In this document: piece after piece, positions 31,398 to 40,288 of the stretch
How the letters are laid out: each line of letters starts with the position of its first letter
Numbering within the stretch: the stretch's first letter is position 1
NCBI GenBank assembly: GCA_036505355.1
Contig: DASXTP010000155.1
Location: 3,182-67,181 of the forward strand
Direction: 5' to 3'
DNA length: 64,000 nt
Source of the DNA: Candidatus Eiseniibacteriota bacterium
GTDB taxonomy: Bacteria > Eisenbacteria > RBG-16-71-46
Program-made: the position numbers and the translations under genes
The notes under the pieces: model-generated
Database searches by the model: none
What the model was told of the DNA's origin: nothing
Seen by the model: only the letters and a program-made list of their open reading frames with translations

Positions 31398-32534
31398 CTA
31401 CCAGGCGTACGACGCCGAGACCAGATGGGTGGCGTCGAGGTTCTGGTCGCCGGGGAAATTCTCGTCGGCGGCGGCGAAGAAGCGATGCAAGTCTGCGGCG
31501 TAGTCCACGCCCACGTGCTTGTAGCGCACGCCGGCGCCGAACGCCAGGTCCTTGCCGTTTGCGCCCGAGCGGAGGGCGAACGTGTTCCGGTACCAATACT
31601 CGAGCCCGGTGCGCAGGTCCGCCGTCACCGAGCCCAACCGGATCTGGCTGTCAAGCTTGCGGTTCTCGAAGCCCCAGCCCAGGTCGATCGCCCAGGTCAG
31701 TGCGTGACGCTCGGCCGGGTAGAAGCTGAAGGCGACCCCGGTATCCAGCACCGGCACGATCAACTCCCGCGACCCGTTGCTCCAGGCCAGGTAGGTAGTG
31801 GTGAGATCGTGCACCACGGCGCCGATGGTGACCGCGTCGGTGGCCATGTAGAGTGCGCCCACGTCGATCCCGGCCCCGAACGACGTCACGTGCTCGCCCC
31901 GCAGCGTGTCGGGCACGCTCTGCCGGATGAACTTGACGTTGCCGCCGAAAGCCCATCGTATGCCGCGTTGACGGGCATAGGACACCAGCAAGGCCATGTC
32001 GCTCGCGCTGGCTTGATAGAGATCGAGGTTGAGCAGCCGCTCACCCGGCTCCCACTTGCCATCGAGGTTGCTGCCATCCGGGTCGTTGGTCGAGATGTCG
32101 TTGTCCACCCCGCCATCGTAGAAATCGATGCCGGGTCGGAGATCTCCCGGGCGCGGGGTGACCGGGATATCGTCCACCGCCAGCCGGATCAAGCCCACCC
32201 CCATCGCGGCCCGCCGGCCGGTCGGAGCGCCGAGCGGAAAAACCGCGCCCAAGTAGTCGTGCTTGATCAGGCTGCCGAACTTCTCCGAGTGCTGCGGCAG
32301 GACCTCGCGATACGGCAGGTAGACCATGCCGGCCGGGTTCCAGTACGGCGCCGTGGCGTCGTCCGCCACCGCCACGAAGGCCCCACCCATGCCGATGGCA
32401 CGCGCGCCGAGCTGGGCCTTGAGGAACTCTCCGGCGTACTTGGTAGCGTGGGCTCGGGACGGGAAGACGAGCGGGGTCAGGGACAGCAGAGCGACGACGA
32501 AGGCGCGCGACGAGCGGTTCAAAAGCGACTCCAT
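31398..32534 (-). CDS. Outer-membrane beta-barrel protein (PorV/FadL-like)
   Basis: Signal peptide, GARAIGMGGAFVAVADDATAPYWNPAG motif, alternating beta-strand pattern, aromatic C-terminus SASYAW. Confidence 0.6.
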   Translation of the reverse strand: MESLLNRSSRAFVVALLSLTPLVFPSRAHATKYAGEFLKAQLGARAIGMGGAFVAVADDATAPYWNPAGMVYLPYREVLPQHSEKFGSLIKHDYLGAVFPLGAPTGRRAAMGVGLIRLAVDDIPVTPRPGDLRPGIDFYDGGVDNDISTNDPDGSNLDGKWEPGERLLNLDLYQASASDMALLVSYARQRGIRWAFGGNVKFIRQSVPDTLRGEHVTSFGAGIDVGALYMATDAVTIGAVVHDLTTTYLAWSNGSRELIVPVLDTGVAFSFYPAERHALTWAIDLGWGFENRKLDSQIRLGSVTADLRTGLEYWYRNTFALRSGANGKDLAFGAGVRYKHVGVDYAADLHRFFAAADENFPGDQNLDATHLVSASYAW

Positions 32535-32569
32535 TCCGGTCGGACGCGCAACCTTACGGGGGCGCCGAG

Positions 32570-32926
32570 CTAGGTGTCAACCGGCCGGGGAGCCGGTTCC
32601 CCTCCGGGCATGTTCACTTCGCCGAGCGGCTGGGCGATGCGCCAGTGGCCTCGCAGCCGCACCAGCTCGTCCGCGGTGCGGAAGCTACGCACCTCCGACA
32701 GACCGTCGGGAACGTAGCGCACTTCGTAGCTCACCATCACGCGACCGCCGCTGACCGGCAGCGATCGAAACTCGTCGAGATTCAGCTCGCGCATCGGGGG
32801 GAGCGACCACAACATGCCGGGAAACGGCAGGTCGTGGCGGCCCTCCACGAAGCACTCCCAGACCCCTTCCGCATCGCCGGTCCGCATCGCCTCCCAGTAG
32901 GTCCGGAGGGTGGCGCTCGGCGACAC
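32570..32926 (-). CDS. Small hypothetical protein (possibly secreted; NTF2/SnoaL-like guess)
   Basis: The track ORF starts at GTG 32926. The frame stays open upstream and encodes a signal-peptide-like LRRLLLLLLASTSLLG with no ATG/GTG/TTG, so the true start is unresolved. Confidence 0.4.
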   Translation of the reverse strand: MSPSATLRTYWEAMRTGDAEGVWECFVEGRHDLPFPGMLWSLPPMRELNLDEFRSLPVSGGRVMVSYEVRYVPDGLSEVRSFRTADELVRLRGHWRIAQPLGEVNMPGGEPAPRPVDT

Positions 32927-33376
32927 GAAGCGCGGATCGATGCGGCAGCGCTCGCCTTGACCGAGCAGGCTCGTGCTCGCCAGAAGGAGCAGGAGGAGAC
33001 GCCGCAGGTAGACCCAAGGTCGAGCGATCGGCTGAGTCGCCGCGATCTCTCGATCGTTTTCCGTTTCTACCCCGCCATCCGGGTGGAGCGTTCCGAGATT
33101 CTCGCCAGGCGCCGCAGAGTCGGGCCCACGGACCGGTGCCGGGCCGAGACGTTCCAGTTGCAGGTGCGACCCCTTTGCCGCAGGGCGGCGAACTTGGGTG
33201 GCGCATCCTTGCGAGCGGGACCCGGGGGGTCCGCATGGTCCGTGGTCGGTCTTCCAGACCCGTCTTCACATCCCCTGACGCGGCACGAACCGTACCGGTC
33301 GTCGGCGACCACTCCATATCTTCGAGTACAATTTTAGCCATGGGGCAGAAACCGAGCAATATCAATACGTTCCATG

Positions 33377-34285
33377 TCAACCTCCAGACAGGCGCCCAAG
33401 CCCTTTCCGATCTCCGACCCGGTTCCTCGCTCGCGAGCCTCTCCCCCGCGCGGCGGCGCCTGGGCTGGCCCGCCCAGGTCGGCCCGCCGTATGGCCCATG
33501 GTGGGCCGGCGCCCGACCCCCACTTTCGCGCTCACCCCCCAGCTCGGGCGCTGGCCCCCGGGGCGCGCCGCTGCCGCCTTGAGGCGCGCGACCTCGGTGG
33601 CCGAGAGATCCCGCCACACCCCGGCTGGGAGCTGACCCAGGCGCAAGGGCCCGAATCCCCAGCGCCTCAGCGCCTTCAGCTCGAGGCCGACTGCCTCGCA
33701 CATGCGGCGGACTTGCCGGTGGCGCCCCTCGTGCAGCGCGATGTCCAGCACGGCTCGGCCGGAGCGAACGCGGCGCAACCGCACCTCGGCCGGGCTTGAA
33801 ACCACACCCCGCTCGAGCTCGACCCCCGCCCTCAGCCGGCGCAGCTGGTGGCCGTCAGGAACCGCCGCCACCGCCACCCGGTAGAGCTTCCATACGCCGT
33901 AGCGCGGATGCGTCAGATGGTGCGCCAAGTCCCCGTCGTTGGTGAACAGCAGCAGCCCGCTGCTATCGGCGTCGAGGCGTCCGACCGGAAAGAGCCTGGG
34001 GCCGGGCGGGAGCAGACCGCGTACGGTCGGCCGTCGCTGCGGATCGCGGAGCGTGGTCAACACCCCGACCGGTTTGTGGAGCATGACGTACCGCAACGCG
34101 CTCGAGCCGGGGATCGGACGCCCGTGGACCGCGACCCGGTCGCGGTCGGGCTCGACGCGAACGCCCGGCTCGCGCACCACCGTGCCGTTCACGCGCACCG
34201 AGCCGGCCCGGATCAGCTCGTCACATTTGCGACGCGACGCCAGCCCGCGGGAGGCGAGCAGCTTGTTGAGCCGGATGCCGCTCAA
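33377..34285 (-). CDS. rluB: Pseudouridine synthase, RsuA/RluB family
   Basis: S4 domain (IRLNKLLASRGLASRRKCDELI), catalytic GRLDADSSGLLLFTNDG, basic C-terminal tail. TTG start. Confidence 0.88.
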   Translation of the reverse strand: MSGIRLNKLLASRGLASRRKCDELIRAGSVRVNGTVVREPGVRVEPDRDRVAVHGRPIPGSSALRYVMLHKPVGVLTTLRDPQRRPTVRGLLPPGPRLFPVGRLDADSSGLLLFTNDGDLAHHLTHPRYGVWKLYRVAVAAVPDGHQLRRLRAGVELERGVVSSPAEVRLRRVRSGRAVLDIALHEGRHRQVRRMCEAVGLELKALRRWGFGPLRLGQLPAGVWRDLSATEVARLKAAAARPGGQRPSWGVSAKVGVGRRPTMGHTAGRPGRASPGAAARGRGSRARNRVGDRKGLGRLSGG

Positions 34286-34301
34286 GGGTCCGGTTCGCGT
34301 C

Positions 34302-34976
34302 TCAGGCGTGATCCAGCTCCTCGGCCCGGTCCGCTGCCCCCGCTTCGCCGCTGGGAAGCAGCTCGACCTCGTGGGGGCTGTCGCCTGCCGGCAGATCCGA
34401 AGCCACCTCGGCCATGACCTCGAGCATCTCGAGTTGTTCGGGCTCGCGGGCCGCCACCAGCGCGCGCAGCTCCTCGGGCCGCGGCAGCTCGCTCAAGTCG
34501 CGCAGCCCGAAGTAGTCCAGGAACTCCTGCGTGGTCCCGTACAGCAGCGGCCGCCCCACCACCTTCGAACGCCCGCGAATCGTCACCAGGTTGCGCTCGA
34601 GCAAGGTGCCGAGGACGGCGCTCGAATCCACGCCCCGGATCGCTTCGACCTCCGACTTGGTCACCGGCTGCTTGTAGGCGATGATCGCCATTGCCTCGAG
34701 GGCGGCTCGCGACAGCCGCATCTTCTTCTTGCCTCGCAGCAGCCGCCCCACCCATTCGGCGTGCTCGGGGGCGGTCACCAACAGATACCCGCCGGCGATG
34801 TCACGCAGCTGGACGCCGGCCTCGCGCGCCGCGTAGTCCGCCTCGAGCCCGCGCAACGCCTGGAGGACCGCCTCGGCCGGCGCGTCCAGCGACTCGCACA
34901 GCAGCGACAGCGCCAGGGGCTGGTCGGACGAGAACAGCAGCGCCTCAAGCGCCGCCTGGAGGTTCCGCGGAGGCAT
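34302..34976 (-). CDS. scpB: Segregation and condensation protein B
   Basis: LEALLFSSDQPL start and tandem winged-helix pattern (IAYKQPVTKSEVEAIRGV). Confidence 0.88.
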   Translation of the reverse strand: MPPRNLQAALEALLFSSDQPLALSLLCESLDAPAEAVLQALRGLEADYAAREAGVQLRDIAGGYLLVTAPEHAEWVGRLLRGKKKMRLSRAALEAMAIIAYKQPVTKSEVEAIRGVDSSAVLGTLLERNLVTIRGRSKVVGRPLLYGTTQEFLDYFGLRDLSELPRPEELRALVAAREPEQLEMLEVMAEVASDLPAGDSPHEVELLPSGEAGAADRAEELDHA

Positions 34977-35850
34977 CCGTCTCCCTTTCTTCCGGGGCCC
35001 GGGCGACGATCGAGATGTCGCCGAAATGCTCAGCCTGGACCACCGACACCTGGCCGAGCTTGACGAGTTCGAGCAGCGCGATGAAGGTGACGATCATCTC
35101 CGCCCGCGCGTGGCAGCGCATCAGCAGCGTCGCGAATTGGACCGCGCCGTCCTCGGCGACCGTACGGGCGATCAGGGACATCTTCTCCTCGAGGTCGTAG
35201 ACCTCGCCGCGCACGTCGTAGACGGTGGTCTCCGGTACCCGCGCCATCACCCGACTGAGGGCGTCCAGCAGATCGAACAGCGTGGCCGGGGCGAGCGGAA
35301 GCGGACCGGCTTCGTCCTCGCCCGGCAACAGGCCACGTTCGTAGAGCCGGCGGCGTTCCTCTTCGCGGAGTTGGAGGGTGCTGGCGGCTTCCTTGAACTG
35401 GCGGTACTCGACCAAGCGCTGGACCAACTCCTCGCGTGGGTCGCCCTCTTCTTCCTCGTCGCCGACGCCCGGCAGCGGGAGCAGCATCTTCGCCTTGATG
35501 CGCATCAGGGTCGCGGCCATGACCAGGAACTCCCCGGCCACTTCCAGATCGAGCGACCGCATCAGCTCCAGGTAGGCCAGGTACTGTTGCGTGATGTGCG
35601 CGATCGGGATGTCGTAGATGTCGATCTCGTCGCGTTTGATGAGGTGCAAGAGCAGGTCGAGGGGCCCTTCGAAGCGCTCGAGCTTGACCAGCACCGGCGG
35701 CGACCCAGGAGCCAGGCCCGCGGCACGCCGGGACGGGACGGCTTCTGCGGTCGCGACCGAGGGCGGAGCCGCACCCGGCGCTGGCGCCTCGCGGGCCGGC
35801 GACTCGAGATCGGGCCGGCCGATGGGGGGACCGCTTTCGGGATCGATCAT
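34945..35850 (-). CDS. scpA: Segregation and condensation protein A (kleisin)
   Basis: FEGPLDLLLHLIKRDEIDIYDIPIA motif. The ATG at 35850 overlaps the trpS stop (ATGA). The rest of track ORF 34945..36789 was rejected. Confidence 0.88.
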   Translation of the reverse strand: MIDPESGPPIGRPDLESPAREAPAPGAAPPSVATAEAVPSRRAAGLAPGSPPVLVKLERFEGPLDLLLHLIKRDEIDIYDIPIAHITQQYLAYLELMRSLDLEVAGEFLVMAATLMRIKAKMLLPLPGVGDEEEEGDPREELVQRLVEYRQFKEAASTLQLREEERRRLYERGLLPGEDEAGPLPLAPATLFDLLDALSRVMARVPETTVYDVRGEVYDLEEKMSLIARTVAEDGAVQFATLLMRCHARAEMIVTFIALLELVKLGQVSVVQAEHFGDISIVARAPEERETDASAEPPGGA

Positions 35851-36926
35851 CGGGCGACCTCGGCGTGGGGCTCGAGCCGCATCGCGCTCCGCACTTCTTC
35901 CATGGTGGCTTCGGCCACCTTGCGGGCGCGGCGGTTGCCGTCGCTCACCACGTCCCGCACGGCGTCCGGGTCCGCGGCCCAGCGGGCGCGACGGTCGCGG
36001 ATCTCGGCCAGGGCTGCCGCCAGCACCCGGGCCAGGTGCTGCTTGTCCGGCACGCAGGCCAGCGTGCCGGCGCGACAGCGGCCGGCGATGTCCTCGGCCT
36101 CGCCCGGGTTGAACTTGCGATGGTACTCCCACACCACGCAGCCCGGGTGCCCGTCGGTCGGATCGGGCCCCGGCCGTCCCGGGTCGTCGGCCCGGATCTT
36201 CTTCGGATCGGTGTACGCTTGGCGCACACGCGCCGCGATCTCTTCGGCCGAATCGGCGAGCAGGATGGTATTGCCCACCGACTTGCTCATGCGGTTGCCG
36301 TCCAGCCCACGCAGGCGCGGGAACGCGGTGAGCTGGGCCTCCGGTTCCGGGAACACCGGATCCCGATCCCGGCAGTACAAGAAGTTGAAGCGCCGTGCCA
36401 GCTCGCGGGTCAGCTCGACGTGCGGCACCTGGTCCTCGCCCACCGGGACGTGGCTCGCCTTGTAGAGCAAGATGTCGGCGGCCTGCAGCACCGAGTACCC
36501 CAGGTGGCCGTACGAGATCGTCGCCTCGTCCAGATGGAGGTCGCGGATCTGTTCCTTCAACGTCGGAATGCGCTCGAGCCGCGCCTTGCTGACCAGCATC
36601 GACAGCAGCAGGTGCAGCTCGGCGTGCTCCTTGATCGCCGACTGGACGAAGATCACGCTGCGCTTGGGATCGAGCCCTGCCGCCAGCCAGTCCACCACCA
36701 TCTCGTGGATGTCGGTCTGGAGCATCGAGGTGTCCTCGTGGCCGGTGGTGAGCATGTGCCAGTCGGCCACCATGTGAAAGTTGTTCCAACCGGCATCCTG
36801 AAGTCGCACCCAGTTCTCGAGGGCGCCCACGTAGTTGCCGAGGTGCAGCCGACCGGTAGGCCGCATCCCGGAGAGGATCCGCCGCACCGGCAGCCCGGCT
36901 CCCGGCCCACCCACCGCCGCCGTCAC
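35847..36926 (-). CDS. trpS: Tryptophan--tRNA ligase
   Basis: PTGRLHLGNY (HIGH-type) and KMSKS motifs. The GTG at 36926 overlaps the upstream stop (GTGA). Confidence 0.92.
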   Translation of the reverse strand: MTAAVGGPGAGLPVRRILSGMRPTGRLHLGNYVGALENWVRLQDAGWNNFHMVADWHMLTTGHEDTSMLQTDIHEMVVDWLAAGLDPKRSVIFVQSAIKEHAELHLLLSMLVSKARLERIPTLKEQIRDLHLDEATISYGHLGYSVLQAADILLYKASHVPVGEDQVPHVELTRELARRFNFLYCRDRDPVFPEPEAQLTAFPRLRGLDGNRMSKSVGNTILLADSAEEIAARVRQAYTDPKKIRADDPGRPGPDPTDGHPGCVVWEYHRKFNPGEAEDIAGRCRAGTLACVPDKQHLARVLAAALAEIRDRRARWAADPDAVRDVVSDGNRRARKVAEATMEEVRSAMRLEPHAEVAR

Positions 36927-37579
36927 AGGCTCATCCCTTGCCGGGACACGCCGAACAGACCCAGGCACGCGTTCACCGCCAGGCTGAGCGGCACGTCGAG
37001 CACCACCCGCGCCACCCGGGGCGAACTCGCGATCAGGACCACCAGCATCAACCCCACCAGCCGGAACTGCTGCAGCACCAGGATGTGGCGCAGCGGCAGG
37101 AAGCGCATCAGCACCCACGAGCCGTCGAGCGGCGGGATGGGAATCAGGTTGAAGAGTCCGAGAGCGCAGTTCCACAGCACGCCGGCGTACCCCATGATGC
37201 GCAGCGGCGCCCAGAAGCCCGCCTCGGGAGCCAGCCGCGTCAGCGCCGCGAACAGCACGGCGAGCAGGAAGTTGGACGCCGGACCAGCCAGCGCCACCTT
37301 GACCGGATCGTTGCGCGGACGACGGAGGTTCGCCCAGCGGATCGGGACCGGCTTCGCCCATCCGAACAGGAACGGGGCATGGAGCAGCAGCAGCAGCCCG
37401 GGCAGGATGAGGGAGCCCACCGGGTCGACGTGCGGAAGCGGGTTGAGCGTCAGGCGGCCCTGATCCCGCGCGGTGGAATCGCCGTTCCACAGCGCGACCA
37501 GCCCGTGGGCACACTCGTGCACGACGATGCTCAGCACGAACACCGGGAAGGCCAACAGGATGCCGGGATCGAAGCTCAT
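36923..37579 (-). CDS. Site-2 protease family (M50) membrane metalloprotease
   Basis: HECAHG zinc motif, polytopic, NLIPIPPLDG second motif. Confidence 0.8.
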   Translation of the reverse strand: MSFDPGILLAFPVFVLSIVVHECAHGLVALWNGDSTARDQGRLTLNPLPHVDPVGSLILPGLLLLLHAPFLFGWAKPVPIRWANLRRPRNDPVKVALAGPASNFLLAVLFAALTRLAPEAGFWAPLRIMGYAGVLWNCALGLFNLIPIPPLDGSWVLMRFLPLRHILVLQQFRLVGLMLVVLIASSPRVARVVLDVPLSLAVNACLGLFGVSRQGMSL

Positions 37580-37749
37580 TCCGCCAGCTCCTTGAGTGGG
37601 GCCCGGGGAAAGGCGCCGCGCCGACTATAGAGGATGGGCGAACCGGGTCCAAGCAAGGTGCTGCGGGCCGCCGGGTTGGCGGACCCCGGCGGGATCTCGG
37701 GGGCACGCACGCCGGAGCGGGTTGCCCGCCCCGGTATACTGCGAGGCAC

Positions 37750-38244
37750 ATGAGCGGGACAAGGGGACTTGAGCAGCTTCTCGGCCAGCCGGTGCCGGAC
37801 CTGACGTTGCCTTCCCCGTCCGGGACCTTTTCCTTTCGGCAGTTCGTCGGCATCCAGCCGTTGGCGTTGTTCTTCTACATCCACAACGGCACGCCGGGCT
37901 GAATCCGCGAGCTTCGCGAGTTTCGCGAGCATCATCACGAGTTCCAGGAGCAACGAGTCGCCCTGGCCGGCGTGAGCGGCGACACGCTCGACAGCCATCG
38001 GACCTGGATCCGCCGGCTCAGGCTCCCCTATCCGCTGCTGTCGGATCTAGACCTCAGCGCCGGGAACGCCTTGGGCCTGATCCGGCGAATCGGGATCGGC
38101 GAGTGGCGCCTCGAGCTCTTCCGGCGGACCACGCTGCTGGTGGACGCGGCCGGCCGGATGGCCATGATCTGGGGCCAAGTCAAGATCCGGGGTCACGCCG
38201 CCGACGTGCTGCGCGCTGCACGAACGGTGGGGGTCGGGTCGTGA
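37750..38244 (+). CDS. bcp: Bcp/PrxQ-type peroxiredoxin with in-frame TGA (37900-37902) at the peroxidatic Cys position; candidate selenoprotein, or a pseudogene
   Basis: ATG 37750 and the track ORF 37972..38244 are in the same frame, with TGA 37900 as the only stop between them. The read-through product aligns with Bcp: LALFFYIHNGTPG[U]IRELREF...LAGVSGD...SH..W......LPYPLLSDLD...RRTTLLVD. Confidence 0.6.
37913..37929 (+). promoter_or_regulatory. Hairpin downstream of the in-frame TGA (candidate bacterial SECIS)
   Basis: UCGCGA-GUU-UCGCGA is a 6-bp perfect stem with an additional U.G pair. The loop begins 18 nt after the UGA with G in its first position. It lies within a triple CGCGAG-NUU repeat. 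Confidence 0.4.
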
Positions 38245-38253
38245 TCGAGCGGT

Positions 38254-38272
38254 GCCGCGAAACGCTCGCGGC
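38254..38272. terminator. Hairpin between convergent prx and PP2C genes
   Basis: GCCGCGA-AACGC-TCGCGGC, a 7-bp stem, with no clear U tract. Confidence 0.3.
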
Positions 38273-38296
38273 CGATCGAGCGTCTTCGAACAGGGG

Positions 38297-40093
38297 CTAG
38301 GTGGGCAGCGCCTTGACCACCATCAAGGTGAGGTCATCGTCGCGACCGCGCTCGCCGGCCCAGCCCTCGACCGCCTCCACCAATCCCTCCAGGATTTCGG
38401 CCGCGCTGCGGCCCGCCAGCGAGACGATGGCCTGCTCGATGCGTCGCTGCCCGAAGTGCTCGCCGCTCGGTGACTGGGCCTCCGAGAGTCCATCGGTGTA
38501 GAGCAACAGCACGTCGTCCACCCCGAGCGCGATCGGCTGGTCTTCGTACTGGGCGTCGGGCAGGACTCCGAACGCGACGCCGCCCTCCAGCAGGTACTCC
38601 ACCGTCCCTCCGCGCCGCAGCAGAATGGGCGGGTTGTGCCCCGCGTTCGAGTAGATCAGCACCCGGTTCTTGAAATCCAGCACGCCGTAGAGCGCGGTCA
38701 CGAACTTGTTGCGATCCGTGCTCTCGTAGAGCAGCGAGTTGACCTTGCGCATCACCGCCCGGATCGCGAATTCGTTGCGGATCTCGGCCAGCAGGCTCAT
38801 GCGGAAGCCGGCCATCAGCAGCGCCGCCGGGATGCCCTTGCCCGAGACGTCGGCGATCGCGAGCCCCAGCCGGGTGTCCGAGACCTGGATGAAGTCGTAG
38901 TAGTCCCCTCCCACCTCGCGATGCGGCCGTGCGGTGCCGGCAAGCTCGAACCCCGGAATCTCCGGCGCCCCGGTGGGCAGGAAGGACGCCTGGATTTCGC
39001 GCGCGATGGCGAGCTCCTTCTCGAGACGTCGTGTCTCGAGCAGCTCACGGGTCAGCCGGGCGCGCTCGACCGCCACCGCCGCCTGGGTGGCGAACGCCGA
39101 CAGCAGCTCGAGATGATCCTCGTGGTAGGCGTCCTCGTGGTCGCTCTCCAAGTTGAAGACCCCAATGGTGCGTCCGCCGACGATCAGCGGAGCGGCCAGC
39201 TCGCTGCGGGTCTGGGATCGGGCAGCCACGTAGCGCGAGTCGCGGCGCACGTCGGGCACAATCACCGCCTCGCCGGTCTTGGCCACCCAGCCCACCAGGC
39301 CCACTCCGACCCGCAGGCCGAAGGCTTCGTCGGAGCCCTCCGGATAACCCACGTCGCTCACCTTCTCGAGCGCCAGGGTCTTGCGGTTCACCAGATACAC
39401 GGCCGCCGCGTCGTAGTGGATCACCTGGCGCAGCGACTGGAGCATGGCGTCGATCAGCTCGTCGAGGTCGAGCCGGGCGAGTAGGGTCTTGCTGATCTCG
39501 AGCAGCACGTCCTTCTCGAGCGCGCGCTGTTCGGCCTCCTGATAGAGCAGGGCGTTGTCCAGCGCGATCGCGATGTGCTCCGCCGCCTGCTCGAGCCGGT
39601 CGAGATCCTGGCGGGTGAAGGCCACGCCGTCCCGGCGGTCGAGACATTCGATGGCGGCGAAGATCTCCCCGCGCCGGTAGAGCGGCACGACCAGCGCCGA
39701 GTGAAAGGCGGGAACCGCGCCCTCCAGCGTCGGGCGTGGGTCGGCAGGGCCGAGCCACAGCGACTTGCCGTGGTTGACCACCCAGCCGGCCAGCCCCTCA
39801 CCGCGCCCCACCCGATGGACGACCGGGGCCGCCCCGGGGGTCTCGGGGAAGTCACGCGCGATCCACCGGGCACCGCCGCGCCGCGCGACCCAGATCCGCG
39901 CCGTCTCGCAGTCCAGCAGCCGGCGGCAATGAACGCTCAGCGTTCGCAGCAGCTCGCGAAACTTCTCGCTCCCGGTGGCTCGTTCGCCCAAATCGACGAC
40001 CGCCGGAAGCAGCTCGGCCACGCGCGTCAGGGTCTCGGTCTCCGCTCCGGGGGGCGCGGACGGCGTGTCCGTCGGTGGGATGGAATCGCGCAT
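38297..40093 (-). CDS. GAF-GAF-PP2C (SpoIIE-type) serine phosphatase
   Basis: Trimmed to MRDSIPP at 40093. Two GAF domains, then the PP2C region (REIQASFLP, GGDYYDF, IADVSGKGIPAALLM, YTDGLSEA). The remaining 383 aa of track ORF 38297..41242 are antisense to the ATPase gene. Confidence 0.85.
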   Translation of the reverse strand: MRDSIPPTDTPSAPPGAETETLTRVAELLPAVVDLGERATGSEKFRELLRTLSVHCRRLLDCETARIWVARRGGARWIARDFPETPGAAPVVHRVGRGEGLAGWVVNHGKSLWLGPADPRPTLEGAVPAFHSALVVPLYRRGEIFAAIECLDRRDGVAFTRQDLDRLEQAAEHIAIALDNALLYQEAEQRALEKDVLLEISKTLLARLDLDELIDAMLQSLRQVIHYDAAAVYLVNRKTLALEKVSDVGYPEGSDEAFGLRVGVGLVGWVAKTGEAVIVPDVRRDSRYVAARSQTRSELAAPLIVGGRTIGVFNLESDHEDAYHEDHLELLSAFATQAAVAVERARLTRELLETRRLEKELAIAREIQASFLPTGAPEIPGFELAGTARPHREVGGDYYDFIQVSDTRLGLAIADVSGKGIPAALLMAGFRMSLLAEIRNEFAIRAVMRKVNSLLYESTDRNKFVTALYGVLDFKNRVLIYSNAGHNPPILLRRGGTVEYLLEGGVAFGVLPDAQYEDQPIALGVDDVLLLYTDGLSEAQSPSGEHFGQRRIEQAIVSLAGRSAAEILEGLVEAVEGWAGERGRDDDLTLMVVKALPT

Positions 40094-40288
40094 CCGAGGC
40101 AACCTAGCACGCGCTTCGTGGGGGTGCCAGCCACGCCCCGTCCCCCGCCGGCGCGCCGCCTGGTGCCCGGCTCGGTCCACACTGCCGTGCCGCGAGCGGC
40201 CGCCAAATCCCACTGAAGGTCGGAGCCGGAGCGCCGATACACAGAGGTAGGCGTTCCTGCCGCTGCCCACCCCGACCCGGAGCCGAGC

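Noticed and set aside
33061-33330. Cobalamin-riboswitch-like fragments on the minus strand (GAAGACCGACC resembling a B12 box; CCUGCAACUGGAA resembling CCCGCAACUGUAA)
   Set aside because: The two motifs occur in the wrong 5'-3' order relative to the riboswitch, and I could not find the other conserved elements. I also compared the region by eye with SRP RNA, RNase P and tmRNA signatures without a match.
37576-37998. 140 aa minus-strand ORF opposite the peroxiredoxin 5' half
   Set aside because: It has no family resemblance. The plus-strand frame aligns to Bcp/PrxQ on both sides of the TGA.
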